Source: Promethearchaeia archaeon (lineage in GTDB: Archaea; Asgardarchaeota; Lokiarchaeia; Sigyniarchaeales; SOKP01). From it: 32,000 nt of DNA. The notes beneath the pieces are model-generated. The model saw nothing but the letters and a program-made list of their open reading frames with translations. It was not told the origin of the DNA and made no database searches. Below, one piece after another: positions 8,666-17,540 of this stretch (position 1 is the stretch's first letter; the number at the start of each line of letters is the position of its first letter). The stretch spans positions 1 through 32,000 of the forward strand of contig JAWOFX010000096.1 of NCBI GenBank assembly GCA_046497275.1, given 5' to 3'. The position numbers and the translations under genes are program-made.

Positions 8666-9718
8666 ATGAATAAAGATAACGCTAATATTAACAATTATAG
8701 TTTAAAACCCTTTTTAAGCAATTTGAGTGTATGGGTTGATCAATTTAGAATTAGAAGTAAAAAATGGAGTTTTTCGGTAAAGAGAAACGGGCAAAAGACT
8801 TCATTATATGGATTGTGTGATATGGTATTCAATTTGAAGATCCCTAACAAACTAGATGAGTATTTATCAAAAAGTTCGGGTGAAAATTTAGGACAGTGGA
8901 TTTCAAATATTCAATTATATCAAAATCCTAAGACAGGTTGGTTTAAAGAAGGATTAATTAATTATGGGATGCATTTTAAAGAACATAGTACTGCATTCAG
9001 TGTTGCAGCGTTAAAGCTTTTGGGATCAAAACCTTTATTTGATTTTAAAATAACCAAAAGATTTACCTCCAAGAAAAAGGTCTTTACATGGTTAGAAAAG
9101 GCTCCCGAATGGGGATTATTATATTGGGCTGGCTCTCATCGTGGAGGTGGGATTGGGGCGATATATGCGACATTAGGGGAGGAATACTATCCTCATGAAA
9201 AATTCTTTGAATGGTATTTTGAATGGTTGGATAAAAAAGCAGATCCAGAATTAGGATTTTGGCGTTTAGGATGGATTCACAGACTTAATAAAAATAGATT
9301 GACTAAAAATGAACTTGGTGGCGCAGTTCATTATTATTGGATATATGAATTCATGAATCATCCAATTCCGTATCCTAAAAGAGTTATTGATTCAACATTA
9401 GCTTTACAAAATAAATGGGGAACTTGGGATACTCATTCTTCATATTGTATTGATTTAGATGCGATTTTCTGTTTAACTCGATGTAATATCCAAACTGAAG
9501 ACTATAGAGAAGATGAGATTAGAAATGCAATAATTAAATATCTTCACCATGTTGTTAAAAATATGAATGATAAGAAATATTTCTTGAATAATTATAAAAA
9601 TACTCATAAACTTACTGGATTTCTCTGTGCTATAGCAGAAATAAATAAATCTTTTCCAGAATTATTAGAAAATAATGAAATTTGGACTCAGACTTTGGAT
9701 ATAACTCCTTGGATTTGA
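8666..9718 (+). CDS. Uncharacterised protein, probable alpha/alpha-barrel with QW-like repeats
   Basis: Repeated helix-cap motifs YQNPKTGWF, ADPELGFW, LQNKWGTW. Trp/Tyr/His-rich. No obvious TM or signal peptide. Confidence 0.6.
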   Translation: MNKDNANINNYSLKPFLSNLSVWVDQFRIRSKKWSFSVKRNGQKTSLYGLCDMVFNLKIPNKLDEYLSKSSGENLGQWISNIQLYQNPKTGWFKEGLINYGMHFKEHSTAFSVAALKLLGSKPLFDFKITKRFTSKKKVFTWLEKAPEWGLLYWAGSHRGGGIGAIYATLGEEYYPHEKFFEWYFEWLDKKADPELGFWRLGWIHRLNKNRLTKNELGGAVHYYWIYEFMNHPIPYPKRVIDSTLALQNKWGTWDTHSSYCIDLDAIFCLTRCNIQTEDYREDEIRNAIIKYLHHVVKNMNDKKYFLNNYKNTHKLTGFLCAIAEINKSFPELLENNEIWTQTLDITPWI

Positions 9719-9883
9719 ATTTAGAATTTTAATTTATTTATATTGAAGGGATTCTAAATTATTAATTGAATTGAAATTGGTTATTAGATCGATTTAATAC
9801 TACTTTTAAATAATCTTTAAAAATCAGATCTGATTAATACTTATTTAATTAACATAATAAAACAAATCCTATGTGAATGAACT

Positions 9884-11332
9884 ATGGATAAAAAAGTATA
9901 TATAACTCTTTCTGCTATTTTAATTTCTATCATTCTAATCGTTACTATAGTTTTCATATTCGTTCCTAAAGTACTAGTATTAGATTTTGGGGAGCGCAAA
10001 GCTATTATTCTTTGTAGTGCAAATGATTTTTACGGAAGTGAAGTAGAAGAAAATTTTGGGTTTGATGGAGGGGAACAAAACTGGACTTTTAATGGTGGGC
10101 TCCCTCATGGATACGAACCTACTGTTGGAAATAAGGAACTAGGATCAATATTTATTGAAGTTGGTTCTTCTGAATTCTATAATGTAAATTACACATACAA
10201 TTGGACAAAATATAATCAAATAAAAGAGGAGAGTATTTATAATCTATCTACTTGGATATTCTTTGATACCCCAAATGACATTTTGGGATTAGGAACAAGA
10301 ATTGGTTTAAATTGGTTAAATTCTAATGGAGAAACAGTAAGATTAGATTGGTCGGAAAATATTAATTCTACAATTGGCGGATGGAAAAATATTAGTATTA
10401 TGAGTTTATATAATAACGATTCTGAAAATGAAATAACCGGTTTAGAATTGGTTTTATCATTCGAAGGAAATTTTTCAGCAGGTACAGATAATAAAGTATA
10501 TTTTGATGATGTGATTGTAGATAGATGGGTAGCTGTAAATGTGACAAATCCTTTTGATCCTAACAATCGTAGAAAAGATTCAGATGGCTTCCCTGCTCAA
10601 GCTTTGCAAGTTTATAAAGTATTAAAGAGACATGGATATACAGATAAGAACATATTTTTAATGCTTTATCACACAAATGACCCCACCATCGATATAGATG
10701 CTTTTGATGGAATATCTAATGATACAGCTGATGCTATAGTGGATGTTGAAAATGATGATGTAAATGCAACCCGATTCAAGCGGGAATTAAATGTCTCAAT
10801 TGCGGGTTCCTTTGCGTCTAATATCAGTATATATGACCAACTAATTATTTTTATGACTGATCATGGCTCAAATAAATTGCTTGGAGATGGAAATGCCACA
10901 TTTCATTTTGAGGCAGATGGTAGTCGAATAAGTGAAACAGAATTTTATGACTTAGTCAAAAATATCAATTGTTTAAGAATGATGATTAATGTTGATTGCT
11001 GTTTTAGCGGAAATTTCTTAAATGAAAAGAAACCAATAGGATCATCTTGGTATGATATCGATAATTGTCTTTTTGTTAGTTCCTCCGCGGATCGCCTTTC
11101 TTGGTATTGGATTGATAATAAAAACCCAGATGGATGGGCAGGGTCTTGGTTTTTCCACGTGTTTTGGGATCAACTGGACCAAAACCAAACCATATTTAAT
11201 GCGTTTAATTCTGCTTCAGGATTCATTCCCGCAGGTCAAGCAGTACCCCTCGCATTAACGCAAATACCTTTAATGTATGATAATCTGGGAATCAATAATA
11301 CTTGGGGTTTCAATTCTATAAATAAGCTCTAA
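9884..11332 (+). CDS. Membrane-anchored clan CD cysteine peptidase (C13 legumain/GPI8-like) with inserted beta-sandwich domain
   Basis: N-terminal TM; KAIILCS strand; FPAQALQVYKVLKRHGYTDKNIFLMLY helix-strand; IFMTDHG (His327); INVDCCFSG (Cys373); FVSSSAD..SW; many NxS/T sequons. Confidence 0.8.
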   Translation: MDKKVYITLSAILISIILIVTIVFIFVPKVLVLDFGERKAIILCSANDFYGSEVEENFGFDGGEQNWTFNGGLPHGYEPTVGNKELGSIFIEVGSSEFYNVNYTYNWTKYNQIKEESIYNLSTWIFFDTPNDILGLGTRIGLNWLNSNGETVRLDWSENINSTIGGWKNISIMSLYNNDSENEITGLELVLSFEGNFSAGTDNKVYFDDVIVDRWVAVNVTNPFDPNNRRKDSDGFPAQALQVYKVLKRHGYTDKNIFLMLYHTNDPTIDIDAFDGISNDTADAIVDVENDDVNATRFKRELNVSIAGSFASNISIYDQLIIFMTDHGSNKLLGDGNATFHFEADGSRISETEFYDLVKNINCLRMMINVDCCFSGNFLNEKKPIGSSWYDIDNCLFVSSSADRLSWYWIDNKNPDGWAGSWFFHVFWDQLDQNQTIFNAFNSASGFIPAGQAVPLALTQIPLMYDNLGINNTWGFNSINKL

Positions 11333-11429
11333 ATTATTTTTATTAATTTTCTCTTTTTTATAATTTTAAATATTCTTTCATAATAGTTTATACCTCTTAA
11401 TAAAAAAGAAATCAGAAAAAAAATTTAAT

Positions 11430-12245
11430 TTAAACTGGGATATTTCGTTTTTGAAAGATAAAGATTGATCCGATCAATAATACAACCGAATAGATTGAAA
11501 TGACTAACATATTTATCAAAAGTCCCTCAAGAGAGGCATTCACCAACAGAGTATAAGTATCAAAGTAATAGAACATGCTTAAATATTTTATACTTTGCAT
11601 AAACTCAGGGAAAAGACCATAAAATTGACCTATCGCATAGAAAAAAATTAATGCACCAAAACTTAATGCTAGAGCAAGCTTTCTGTTGAAAAACACTGAA
11701 AAAACAAAACCAGTCATCAACAATGATAGCAAATGAATTATCAATAAAACAAAAGCTATAGTCAAAATAAAGTAATTAACATCAATAGGGTTAATCTTTG
11801 GGAAAATAAAAGGTGCTAAATATACACCAAGCATTACAAGTCCAACTATAAATAATAATACGAGGAAATGTTTTAAAAATTTTCCCAATACAAATTCCCA
11901 CCGTCTGATTGGCTTTGAAAGGGTGATTTCTATGGTTTTTTCTTCTATCTCCGTGGGAATATCTTGAGAAGCTTTAAGAACAAAGTATAATCCTATCCAC
12001 ATCCACGCAAATGAGAAAAGATATACATTCATAAAACTTGTATAATCACCGATTGATAGAGACCCTCCAATAAGAGATTTGATGGCGTCAGGGAAATTTT
12101 GGTAAAATTCTTCCAAATCGGCAAACAAATCAGGATCATATACGGAAGCAAACCAGAAAAAAAATACAGCGATTAATCCAGAATAAATTAAAACTCCTGT
12201 TTTATTAAGGGAAAGGTTTTTTTTCGCTATCTCAATTATTTTCAC
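11430..12245 (-). CDS. ABC-2 type exporter permease
   Basis: About 6 TMs; EIEEKTIEITLSKPIRRWEFVLGKF signature. GTG start overlaps the ATPase stop (GTGA). Confidence 0.88.
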   Translation of the reverse strand: MKIIEIAKKNLSLNKTGVLIYSGLIAVFFFWFASVYDPDLFADLEEFYQNFPDAIKSLIGGSLSIGDYTSFMNVYLFSFAWMWIGLYFVLKASQDIPTEIEEKTIEITLSKPIRRWEFVLGKFLKHFLVLLFIVGLVMLGVYLAPFIFPKINPIDVNYFILTIAFVLLIIHLLSLLMTGFVFSVFFNRKLALALSFGALIFFYAIGQFYGLFPEFMQSIKYLSMFYYFDTYTLLVNASLEGLLINMLVISIYSVVLLIGSIFIFQKRNIPV

Positions 12246-13183
12246 TCTTTCTCACCTCCTTTATAATAATGCATAAATATGTTTTCCAATGACGAATGCT
12301 TTATTGTAAAATCTCTGATTTGCTCTCCATTCCATTCATTATCACCAATTATAGATAATAATTCTCTTGTTTCTTTAGGTGGTGCTGTAAAGAGTAGATG
12401 AGCACCTAAACTATATTTGACCTTAGCTATTGGATATTCGGTATTTAATAAAGTTTGGAATTTCTTCAATGCTTTATTTGATGTAAAATCTAATTCTATT
12501 TCTTTGAGACTTTTATCCTTTAGATCTTGCACACTGGAAACCTCAATGATTTTTCCTTGTCGAATGATCGCTATGCTTTCACAAAAGTTTTCCACTTCAG
12601 GAAGCACGTGACTAGATAAGAATACTGTACATTTGGATCGTTCTTGTCTTTCTTTAACAATTTCATAAAACTCTCTCTGCATTAAAGGGTCTAAGCCAGA
12701 TGTAGGCTCATCCATTATTAAAAGGTTAAATTTTCCCATCAATGCAGAAATCACACCAACTTTTTGCTTATTCCCTTTACTTAATTCTCCCATTTTCCGT
12801 TCAAGATTTAATTCAAGTCTATCGGCAAGCTCTTTCACATAATCCCAATCTATCTCCATATCATATAATTTCATGAAATGTTGAAAGAGATCCATCGCAT
12901 TCATAATTTTATATAATCCGAGTTCGCCAGGGAGATATCCAATATTATTTCTGTATTTTACGTCATTCACAGGTCTAATTTTCTCTCCTTGAATATAGAT
13001 TTCCCCGCCATTAAGATGTAAGAATCCCATGATGCATCGAATAGTGGTTGTTTTTCCCGCTCCATTAGGACCTAAAAATCCGAACCGTGCACCTTGCGGG
13101 ACTGAAAAAGAGATATCATCAACTGCTTTAACTGTTCCCTTAGAATAATACTTTTTTAAATTTTTAACCTCAATCGCATACAT
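12242..13183 (-). CDS. ABC transporter ATP-binding subunit (exporter type)
   Basis: Walker A GPNGAGKTT, Q-loop GYLPGE, signature LSKGNKQK, Walker B LLIMDEPTSGLDP, H-loop LSSH. Confidence 0.96.
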   Translation of the reverse strand: MYAIEVKNLKKYYSKGTVKAVDDISFSVPQGARFGFLGPNGAGKTTTIRCIMGFLHLNGGEIYIQGEKIRPVNDVKYRNNIGYLPGELGLYKIMNAMDLFQHFMKLYDMEIDWDYVKELADRLELNLERKMGELSKGNKQKVGVISALMGKFNLLIMDEPTSGLDPLMQREFYEIVKERQERSKCTVFLSSHVLPEVENFCESIAIIRQGKIIEVSSVQDLKDKSLKEIELDFTSNKALKKFQTLLNTEYPIAKVKYSLGAHLLFTAPPKETRELLSIIGDNEWNGEQIRDFTIKHSSLENIFMHYYKGGEKE

Positions 13184-13192
13184 TTTTAATTA

Positions 13193-13197
13193 TCACC
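13193..13197 (-). promoter_or_regulatory. Archaeal-type ribosome-binding site GGTGA
   Basis: Minus strand reads gaaGGTGAtaattaaaaATG, 9 nt before the ABC ATPase start. Confidence 0.7.
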
Positions 13198-13218
13198 TTC
13201 ATTTCAGATGAAGTGAAA
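13198..13218. promoter_or_regulatory. Operator copy 1 (TTCATTTCAGATGAAGTGAAA)
   Basis: Identical 21-mer to 13263-13283. Imperfect palindrome. Lies in the inferred ABC operon leader next to the RBS. Confidence 0.75.
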
Positions 13219-13250
13219 TTTAATATCCAAATAATTAATAACGAAGGTAA

Positions 13251-13258
13251 TATTTAAA
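13251..13258 (-). promoter_or_regulatory. TATA box (TTTAAATA) for the ABC operon
   Basis: Fits archaeal TTTAWATA, preceded on the minus strand by an A-rich BRE-like stretch that overlaps operator copy 2. Confidence 0.5.
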
Positions 13259-13261
13259 TGT

Positions 13262-13283
13262 TTTCATTTCAGATGAAGTGAAA
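13262..13283. promoter_or_regulatory. Operator copy 2 (TTTCATTTCAGATGAAGTGAAA)
   Basis: 18 of 22 positions match its own reverse complement. Sits 2-3 bp from a TATA box on each strand. Confidence 0.75.
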
Positions 13284-13285
13284 GA

Positions 13286-13293
13286 TTTATAAG
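13286..13293 (+). promoter_or_regulatory. TATA box (TTTATAAG) for the regulator pair
   Basis: Archaeal TATA-like sequence directly after operator copy 2 (aaaGA-TTTATAAG), about 64 bp before the ATG at 13357. Confidence 0.5.
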
Positions 13294-13356
13294 TATAATA
13301 AATTATATTTTATATGAGAATTAAGATTTCAAAAACTAAGGATTTAAAACTTATTC

Positions 13357-14136
13357 ATGGTAGCGCCCGAAAATATTAAAGAATTCAATAGTTTAGTGGA
13401 AGAAATATTCCATGATTATATCGAAGAAGGAGAGTATGAAATTAATATATTTAAAAAAAAATTACGAGATTTTGTATCAAATTCATTGAGTTCTGATAAA
13501 AGGTTCCACAAACTTATTACTCTTATAGACGATAAGAAGGAAGCTTCCGAAGAATTTGATTCTCTTTGGAACCAAATTGAAGATTTAATATCTAAAAAGT
13601 CCTCAAAAGACAAAATAAAGAAAAAATTGCATGAAGGGAAAATCCGTAGCTATGAGAAGAAATTAATCGAATTCTTAGTTGATATTGGCAAGAAAAAAGG
13701 CACTAATGAAACTCTTTCCGCTATTATAGGATATTTTCTGATTCATAATAGATTAACTCAATCAGAACTAAAAGAGCTGTCAGGATTTTCCAGAGGAGCA
13801 ATTTCTGAGAATTTAACGATTTTAACTAATTTTCATTTCGTTCATAAAGAATTTATTGAGGGAACGCGCAAATATCAATACTCAATTGGAGATTCGATGT
13901 CATATGTTGCCGAAAATGTATCTTTAATAAAATCTCTTAAGGCAGAGGAATTGCTGAATTTTATGAATAAAAAAATATCCTATCTTAAAGCAATGGATAA
14001 TAAAAAAAAACATGGATTTAATTTGTTATTAAAGCGATTAGAAGAACTTAAAGATTTCTGTAATTTACTAGAAAATATTTTGAATAAAGTTATCACTTCA
14101 GATCAAATACAATCAATTATGGGTGAAGGAAATTAA
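13357..14136 (+). CDS. GbsR/MarR-like winged-helix regulator with a ~100 aa helical N-terminal extension
   Basis: IIGYFLIHNRLTQSELKELSGFSRGAISENL HTH, GTRKYQY wing, amphipathic C-terminal helices. Confidence 0.8.
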   Translation: MVAPENIKEFNSLVEEIFHDYIEEGEYEINIFKKKLRDFVSNSLSSDKRFHKLITLIDDKKEASEEFDSLWNQIEDLISKKSSKDKIKKKLHEGKIRSYEKKLIEFLVDIGKKKGTNETLSAIIGYFLIHNRLTQSELKELSGFSRGAISENLTILTNFHFVHKEFIEGTRKYQYSIGDSMSYVAENVSLIKSLKAEELLNFMNKKISYLKAMDNKKKHGFNLLLKRLEELKDFCNLLENILNKVITSDQIQSIMGEGN

Positions 14137-14632
14137 TCAGTTTGAATTTGATCCTGAAATTAGAGATATAGAAGGAGAAATTATTCAGGAATTACTTGAA
14201 TCTCAACTTTTAATCGGTGAAAAGCGATCAACCGCTTTGATTATATCATATTTTATTACCAGAAAAAATCTGACCCAAACGAAGCTCAGGGAATTGACCG
14301 ATCTCTCACTTGGTACAGTTTCACAAGAAATAAATTATCTTTTAGAGAGAAATATTATAAAAGAAAGAGGACGCTCAAAAGGCGAGAATGTATATTCGAT
14401 GGATTCAGTTAAAAATGGTTTTATTAGGTCTTATTTGCATTCTGTGAAGTACTATCTTAAATATAAAGATGATTTTAAAGAAATGAAGGAAGATCTTGAG
14501 AAAAATAGAGAGGAATTGAAGGATCAAGAGGGATTTGAACCAATTTACCAATTATTAAATCTTTTTATAATTATGTTTCCAGTTGTTGAGAAAGTAATAG
14601 ATACCCTTAAAAAAGAACTTAAACATAAATAA
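14123..14632 (+). CDS. GbsR/MarR-like winged-helix regulator
   Basis: IISYFITRKNLTQTKLRELTDLSLGTVSQEINYL HTH. Overlaps the previous gene by 14 bp. Confidence 0.8.
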   Translation: MKEINQFEFDPEIRDIEGEIIQELLESQLLIGEKRSTALIISYFITRKNLTQTKLRELTDLSLGTVSQEINYLLERNIIKERGRSKGENVYSMDSVKNGFIRSYLHSVKYYLKYKDDFKEMKEDLEKNREELKDQEGFEPIYQLLNLFIIMFPVVEKVIDTLKKELKHK

Positions 14633-14717
14633 AAAAATTTTATTTTAAAGCGTTTAGTTTTTTGGTATAAAATTCTTTTAGATAATATTAATTAGAAAGA
14701 ACATCGAGAGGATTTTT

Positions 14718-15224
14718 TTGTCTAATGAAAAAGTAATGATTTTTATTGATAATTCCAACATTTTCAAGGGTTTTAAAAAATATAAGATTAAAGCGGATTA
14801 TGAAAAGCTAAAATCCGTTCTTCTGGGAAACAGAACATTAATTGATATCTTTCTATATGAAGGAATTGTCTATCCAATGAGTAATAAAAAGAAAAAATGG
14901 TATAATGATCTCAAAAATAATAGCAATTACAAGATTAAAGCCAGTTTTGATAAGAGAGTTTCAAAAAACACATTTGAAAAAAAAGTCGATGTGAGGATTG
15001 CGATTGATATGGTTTCATTTGCCTATGAAGACGCGTATGATACGGCTATATTAGTATCGGGAGATGGCGATTTTCTTCCTGTCATAAAAAAGGTTAAGGA
15101 ATTAAATAAAAATGTTGAAGTATGGGCATTTCGTTATTCATTGGCGAATATTATCGGGGGAGAATTAGGAGAGGAAAATGTTTTTTTTCTGGATGATGTG
15201 TTAAATGAAATAAAAATAGAATGA
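14718..15224 (+). CDS. NYN domain (LabA/DUF88, PIN-like) nuclease
   Basis: FIDNSN, EKKVDVRIAIDMV, DTAILVSGDGDFLPVI. GAGGA RBS before the TTG. Confidence 0.92.
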   Translation: MSNEKVMIFIDNSNIFKGFKKYKIKADYEKLKSVLLGNRTLIDIFLYEGIVYPMSNKKKKWYNDLKNNSNYKIKASFDKRVSKNTFEKKVDVRIAIDMVSFAYEDAYDTAILVSGDGDFLPVIKKVKELNKNVEVWAFRYSLANIIGGELGEENVFFLDDVLNEIKIE

Positions 15225-15266
15225 TTTGAATATATTCTTAAAATTATAAAAAACCATCTATAGGCT

Positions 15267-15743
15267 TTAGTATGCATTTTCTTTGATTTTTTGTATCATC
15301 TTTTCGACATTTTCATCGATTATTTTTAAAATCTCTTTATATCTAGAATTAGAAGTATAGTATGGATCTTCTATATCAAGAGAGGTCATTTCTCCATTAA
15401 ATTCTTTAAGAGTGTATATTTTCTCACTAATTCTGTCTATATTAGAATAATTATTACTAATTTGGGTTTTATGGGATCTTTCCATTGTTATGATTAAATC
15501 TTGCTTTTCCAGAAGATCTCTATTTATTGTTTGCGGAGAGAAATCTGAATGATCGATATTCTTTTTATCCAAAAAAGCTCTCGATTCAGGTTGCATGTAA
15601 GTAAAAGCATTAAAAAATCCCGCACTAGAGAAATTAATATTTAGATTTTTCTTATTAGCATAAAATTTTGCTAAATATTTTGCGGCTGGACTTCTTGCAG
15701 TATTACCAGAGCATATAATTAAGACATTCTTAATATTTGTCAT
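15267..15743 (-). CDS. Low-molecular-weight protein-tyrosine phosphatase family protein
   Basis: P-loop CSGNTARS (CX5R), SSAG, QDLIITME, DIEDPYY. Only one Cys. Confidence 0.9.
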   Translation of the reverse strand: MTNIKNVLIICSGNTARSPAAKYLAKFYANKKNLNINFSSAGFFNAFTYMQPESRAFLDKKNIDHSDFSPQTINRDLLEKQDLIITMERSHKTQISNNYSNIDRISEKIYTLKEFNGEMTSLDIEDPYYTSNSRYKEILKIIDENVEKMIQKIKENAY

Positions 15744-15842
15744 ATTTTGAATGATATAAGAATTATTTCAAAAAATTATGTAATATGAGATTATATATAT
15801 AATATAAGTGTTGAGAGGAAAAAAATTTATTGATTATAATAG

Positions 15843-16046
15843 TCAAATAAATGAGATGTTCCTCTCCATTTTTATATTATTTACATCAATATAAGATTCT
15901 TCATATAGTTTCATTGTAATTTCTTTAATTAATGCTAAATCTAAACCATTTCCAAAACTCAATCGGAATATAGATAATATTAAAACCTTATCCAATAACG
16001 GGTCTACGATGAGTAGATTTTCAGTAATATGATTTTTTATAAGCAT
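15843..16046 (-). CDS. Possible small hypothetical protein (67 aa)
   Basis: ATG lies 1 nt after the transporter stop (TAA-A-ATG) and the ORF fills an otherwise empty gap. No recognisable motif. Confidence 0.25.
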   Translation of the reverse strand: MLIKNHITENLLIVDPLLDKVLILSIFRLSFGNGLDLALIKEITMKLYEESYIDVNNIKMERNISFI

Positions 16047-16047
16047 T

Positions 16048-17340
16048 TTAACCTAAAATTAGGGTGTAAATTAAGGTATATACTAAAATTAATGTAAAAT
16101 GGATCATCGCAAAAATACCTCCATTTTTTAATAATCGTCTATAATTCAAATTTTTTACATTATATTTTTTTGCTATATTTAAGGTAAGGAGGTCACATGC
16201 TGAGCCTTGAGGTAAGAAATTTCCAGCCATATTGACTCCTCCTATGAAAGCGATAATAAGAGGATTGGGGAATAATCCTTGATTCACAATAGCTGAAAGA
16301 ATTGGTAAAAAAATAATAGTTACCGGCGTACCTGCGAGAAATGCAGATAAAATAGAAGAGAGTGTTAAAATTAATAATACTGCGAGAAAAATATTGCCAT
16401 TTATCAATTCTATTAAATTTGTGGAGATGAATTCTGCAAAACCAAATATTTCTAACGAATTTGAAAGCATAAATAATACTGCAAATAGAATAATAATTCT
16501 CCATGAAATTTCGTTCTTAATATCTGAGAAACTTGAACTTTTTGCATGAAAAAGGAGAAGTAATGCGGCAGAGAACAGAGCAGAAAGAGCTGGGTTGATT
16601 CCAATTATCATGAATATGAATGTTAATAGTACTATAATGGAAGTTATTAAAAACGTTCTTTTCTTTTCAATGACTATATCAGGTTTTACCATTGAGAGCA
16701 ATATTTTCTTATCTCTTTCCGTTGGCTGTTCTTCCTTTTTTAATATAAAAAAATCCAGAGAAACTAATGTAATAACAAGAGTAAGTGCGAATAAAAATCC
16801 CATATTTGCAATAAATTCACCAAATCCCCAGTCAAACTCTTGACTTATTATCAGATTTTTTAAACTTGAAATAGGCGTAAGAATTGCTCCAATATTTATT
16901 GTAATAGTCATACCCATCATATAAGTCCCAGCAGGGATTCTTAAAACTCGACATGTCCTGAAGATTAGTGGTGCTAGAATAAGAGAAAGAGATAAATCCT
17001 CAATAAAGGCAACCATAAAGGCCGTGAAGATACAAATTAAGTAAAAGAATAATCGATTATTTCCTTTAGTAAAATGGATTATTCTAAGGGAAAGATATTC
17101 AAGAACTTTATCTTCAGTAGCATAATAAATAATTATTTGCATGGCAAAAATGAAAATTAATGTATCAAAATTGATAAATGATAAGAGCTCTTCCCGTGTT
17201 ACATTAAAATAAAGTAATGAAATAACTGAAATAGCACCTATAATTAATCCAATAGGAAAATAATCTATCTTATCTTGAGAAAAGAAGGCCATTAATATGG
17301 AAAATAAAATTAAAATTAGAAGAGTCGCTGGTAAATTCAT
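16048..17340 (-). CDS. ArsB/NhaD (SLC13/P-protein-like, IT superfamily) ion transporter
   Basis: About 11-12 TMs; INFDTLIFIFAM; NIGAILTPISSLKNLII hairpin; second-repeat NMAGNFLPQGSA. Confidence 0.85.
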   Translation of the reverse strand: MNLPATLLILILFSILMAFFSQDKIDYFPIGLIIGAISVISLLYFNVTREELLSFINFDTLIFIFAMQIIIYYATEDKVLEYLSLRIIHFTKGNNRLFFYLICIFTAFMVAFIEDLSLSLILAPLIFRTCRVLRIPAGTYMMGMTITINIGAILTPISSLKNLIISQEFDWGFGEFIANMGFLFALTLVITLVSLDFFILKKEEQPTERDKKILLSMVKPDIVIEKKRTFLITSIIVLLTFIFMIIGINPALSALFSAALLLLFHAKSSSFSDIKNEISWRIIILFAVLFMLSNSLEIFGFAEFISTNLIELINGNIFLAVLLILTLSSILSAFLAGTPVTIIFLPILSAIVNQGLFPNPLIIAFIGGVNMAGNFLPQGSACDLLTLNIAKKYNVKNLNYRRLLKNGGIFAMIHFTLILVYTLIYTLILG

Positions 17341-17540
17341 TTAATTAAAAAAAAAGTTGTTTAATTAAAAAGATGATGTTTTAATCTATTTTTATATCCA
17401 TTAAAAAATTTTTCATTCAACTTCAATGATCAAAAATAGATCTAATTAGAACTTTAATTTCTTGTTCAGATCGTTTCTGATTTAATTTCACATCTTTTAT
17501 AAAATAATTAGAATAATATAGATGATGAAAGATTTATACT

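Noticed and set aside
9822-9835. Perfect 14-bp palindrome AATCAGATCTGATT upstream of the C13 peptidase (ATCAGATCT also near 8645)
   Set aside because: A few 14-bp palindromes are expected by chance in 32 kb of AT-rich DNA, and there is no full second copy.
6023-13613. Short track ORFs (6023, 6543, 6805, 10237, 11052, 12417, 13416)
   Set aside because: Overlap confident CDSs and have no independent coding signal.
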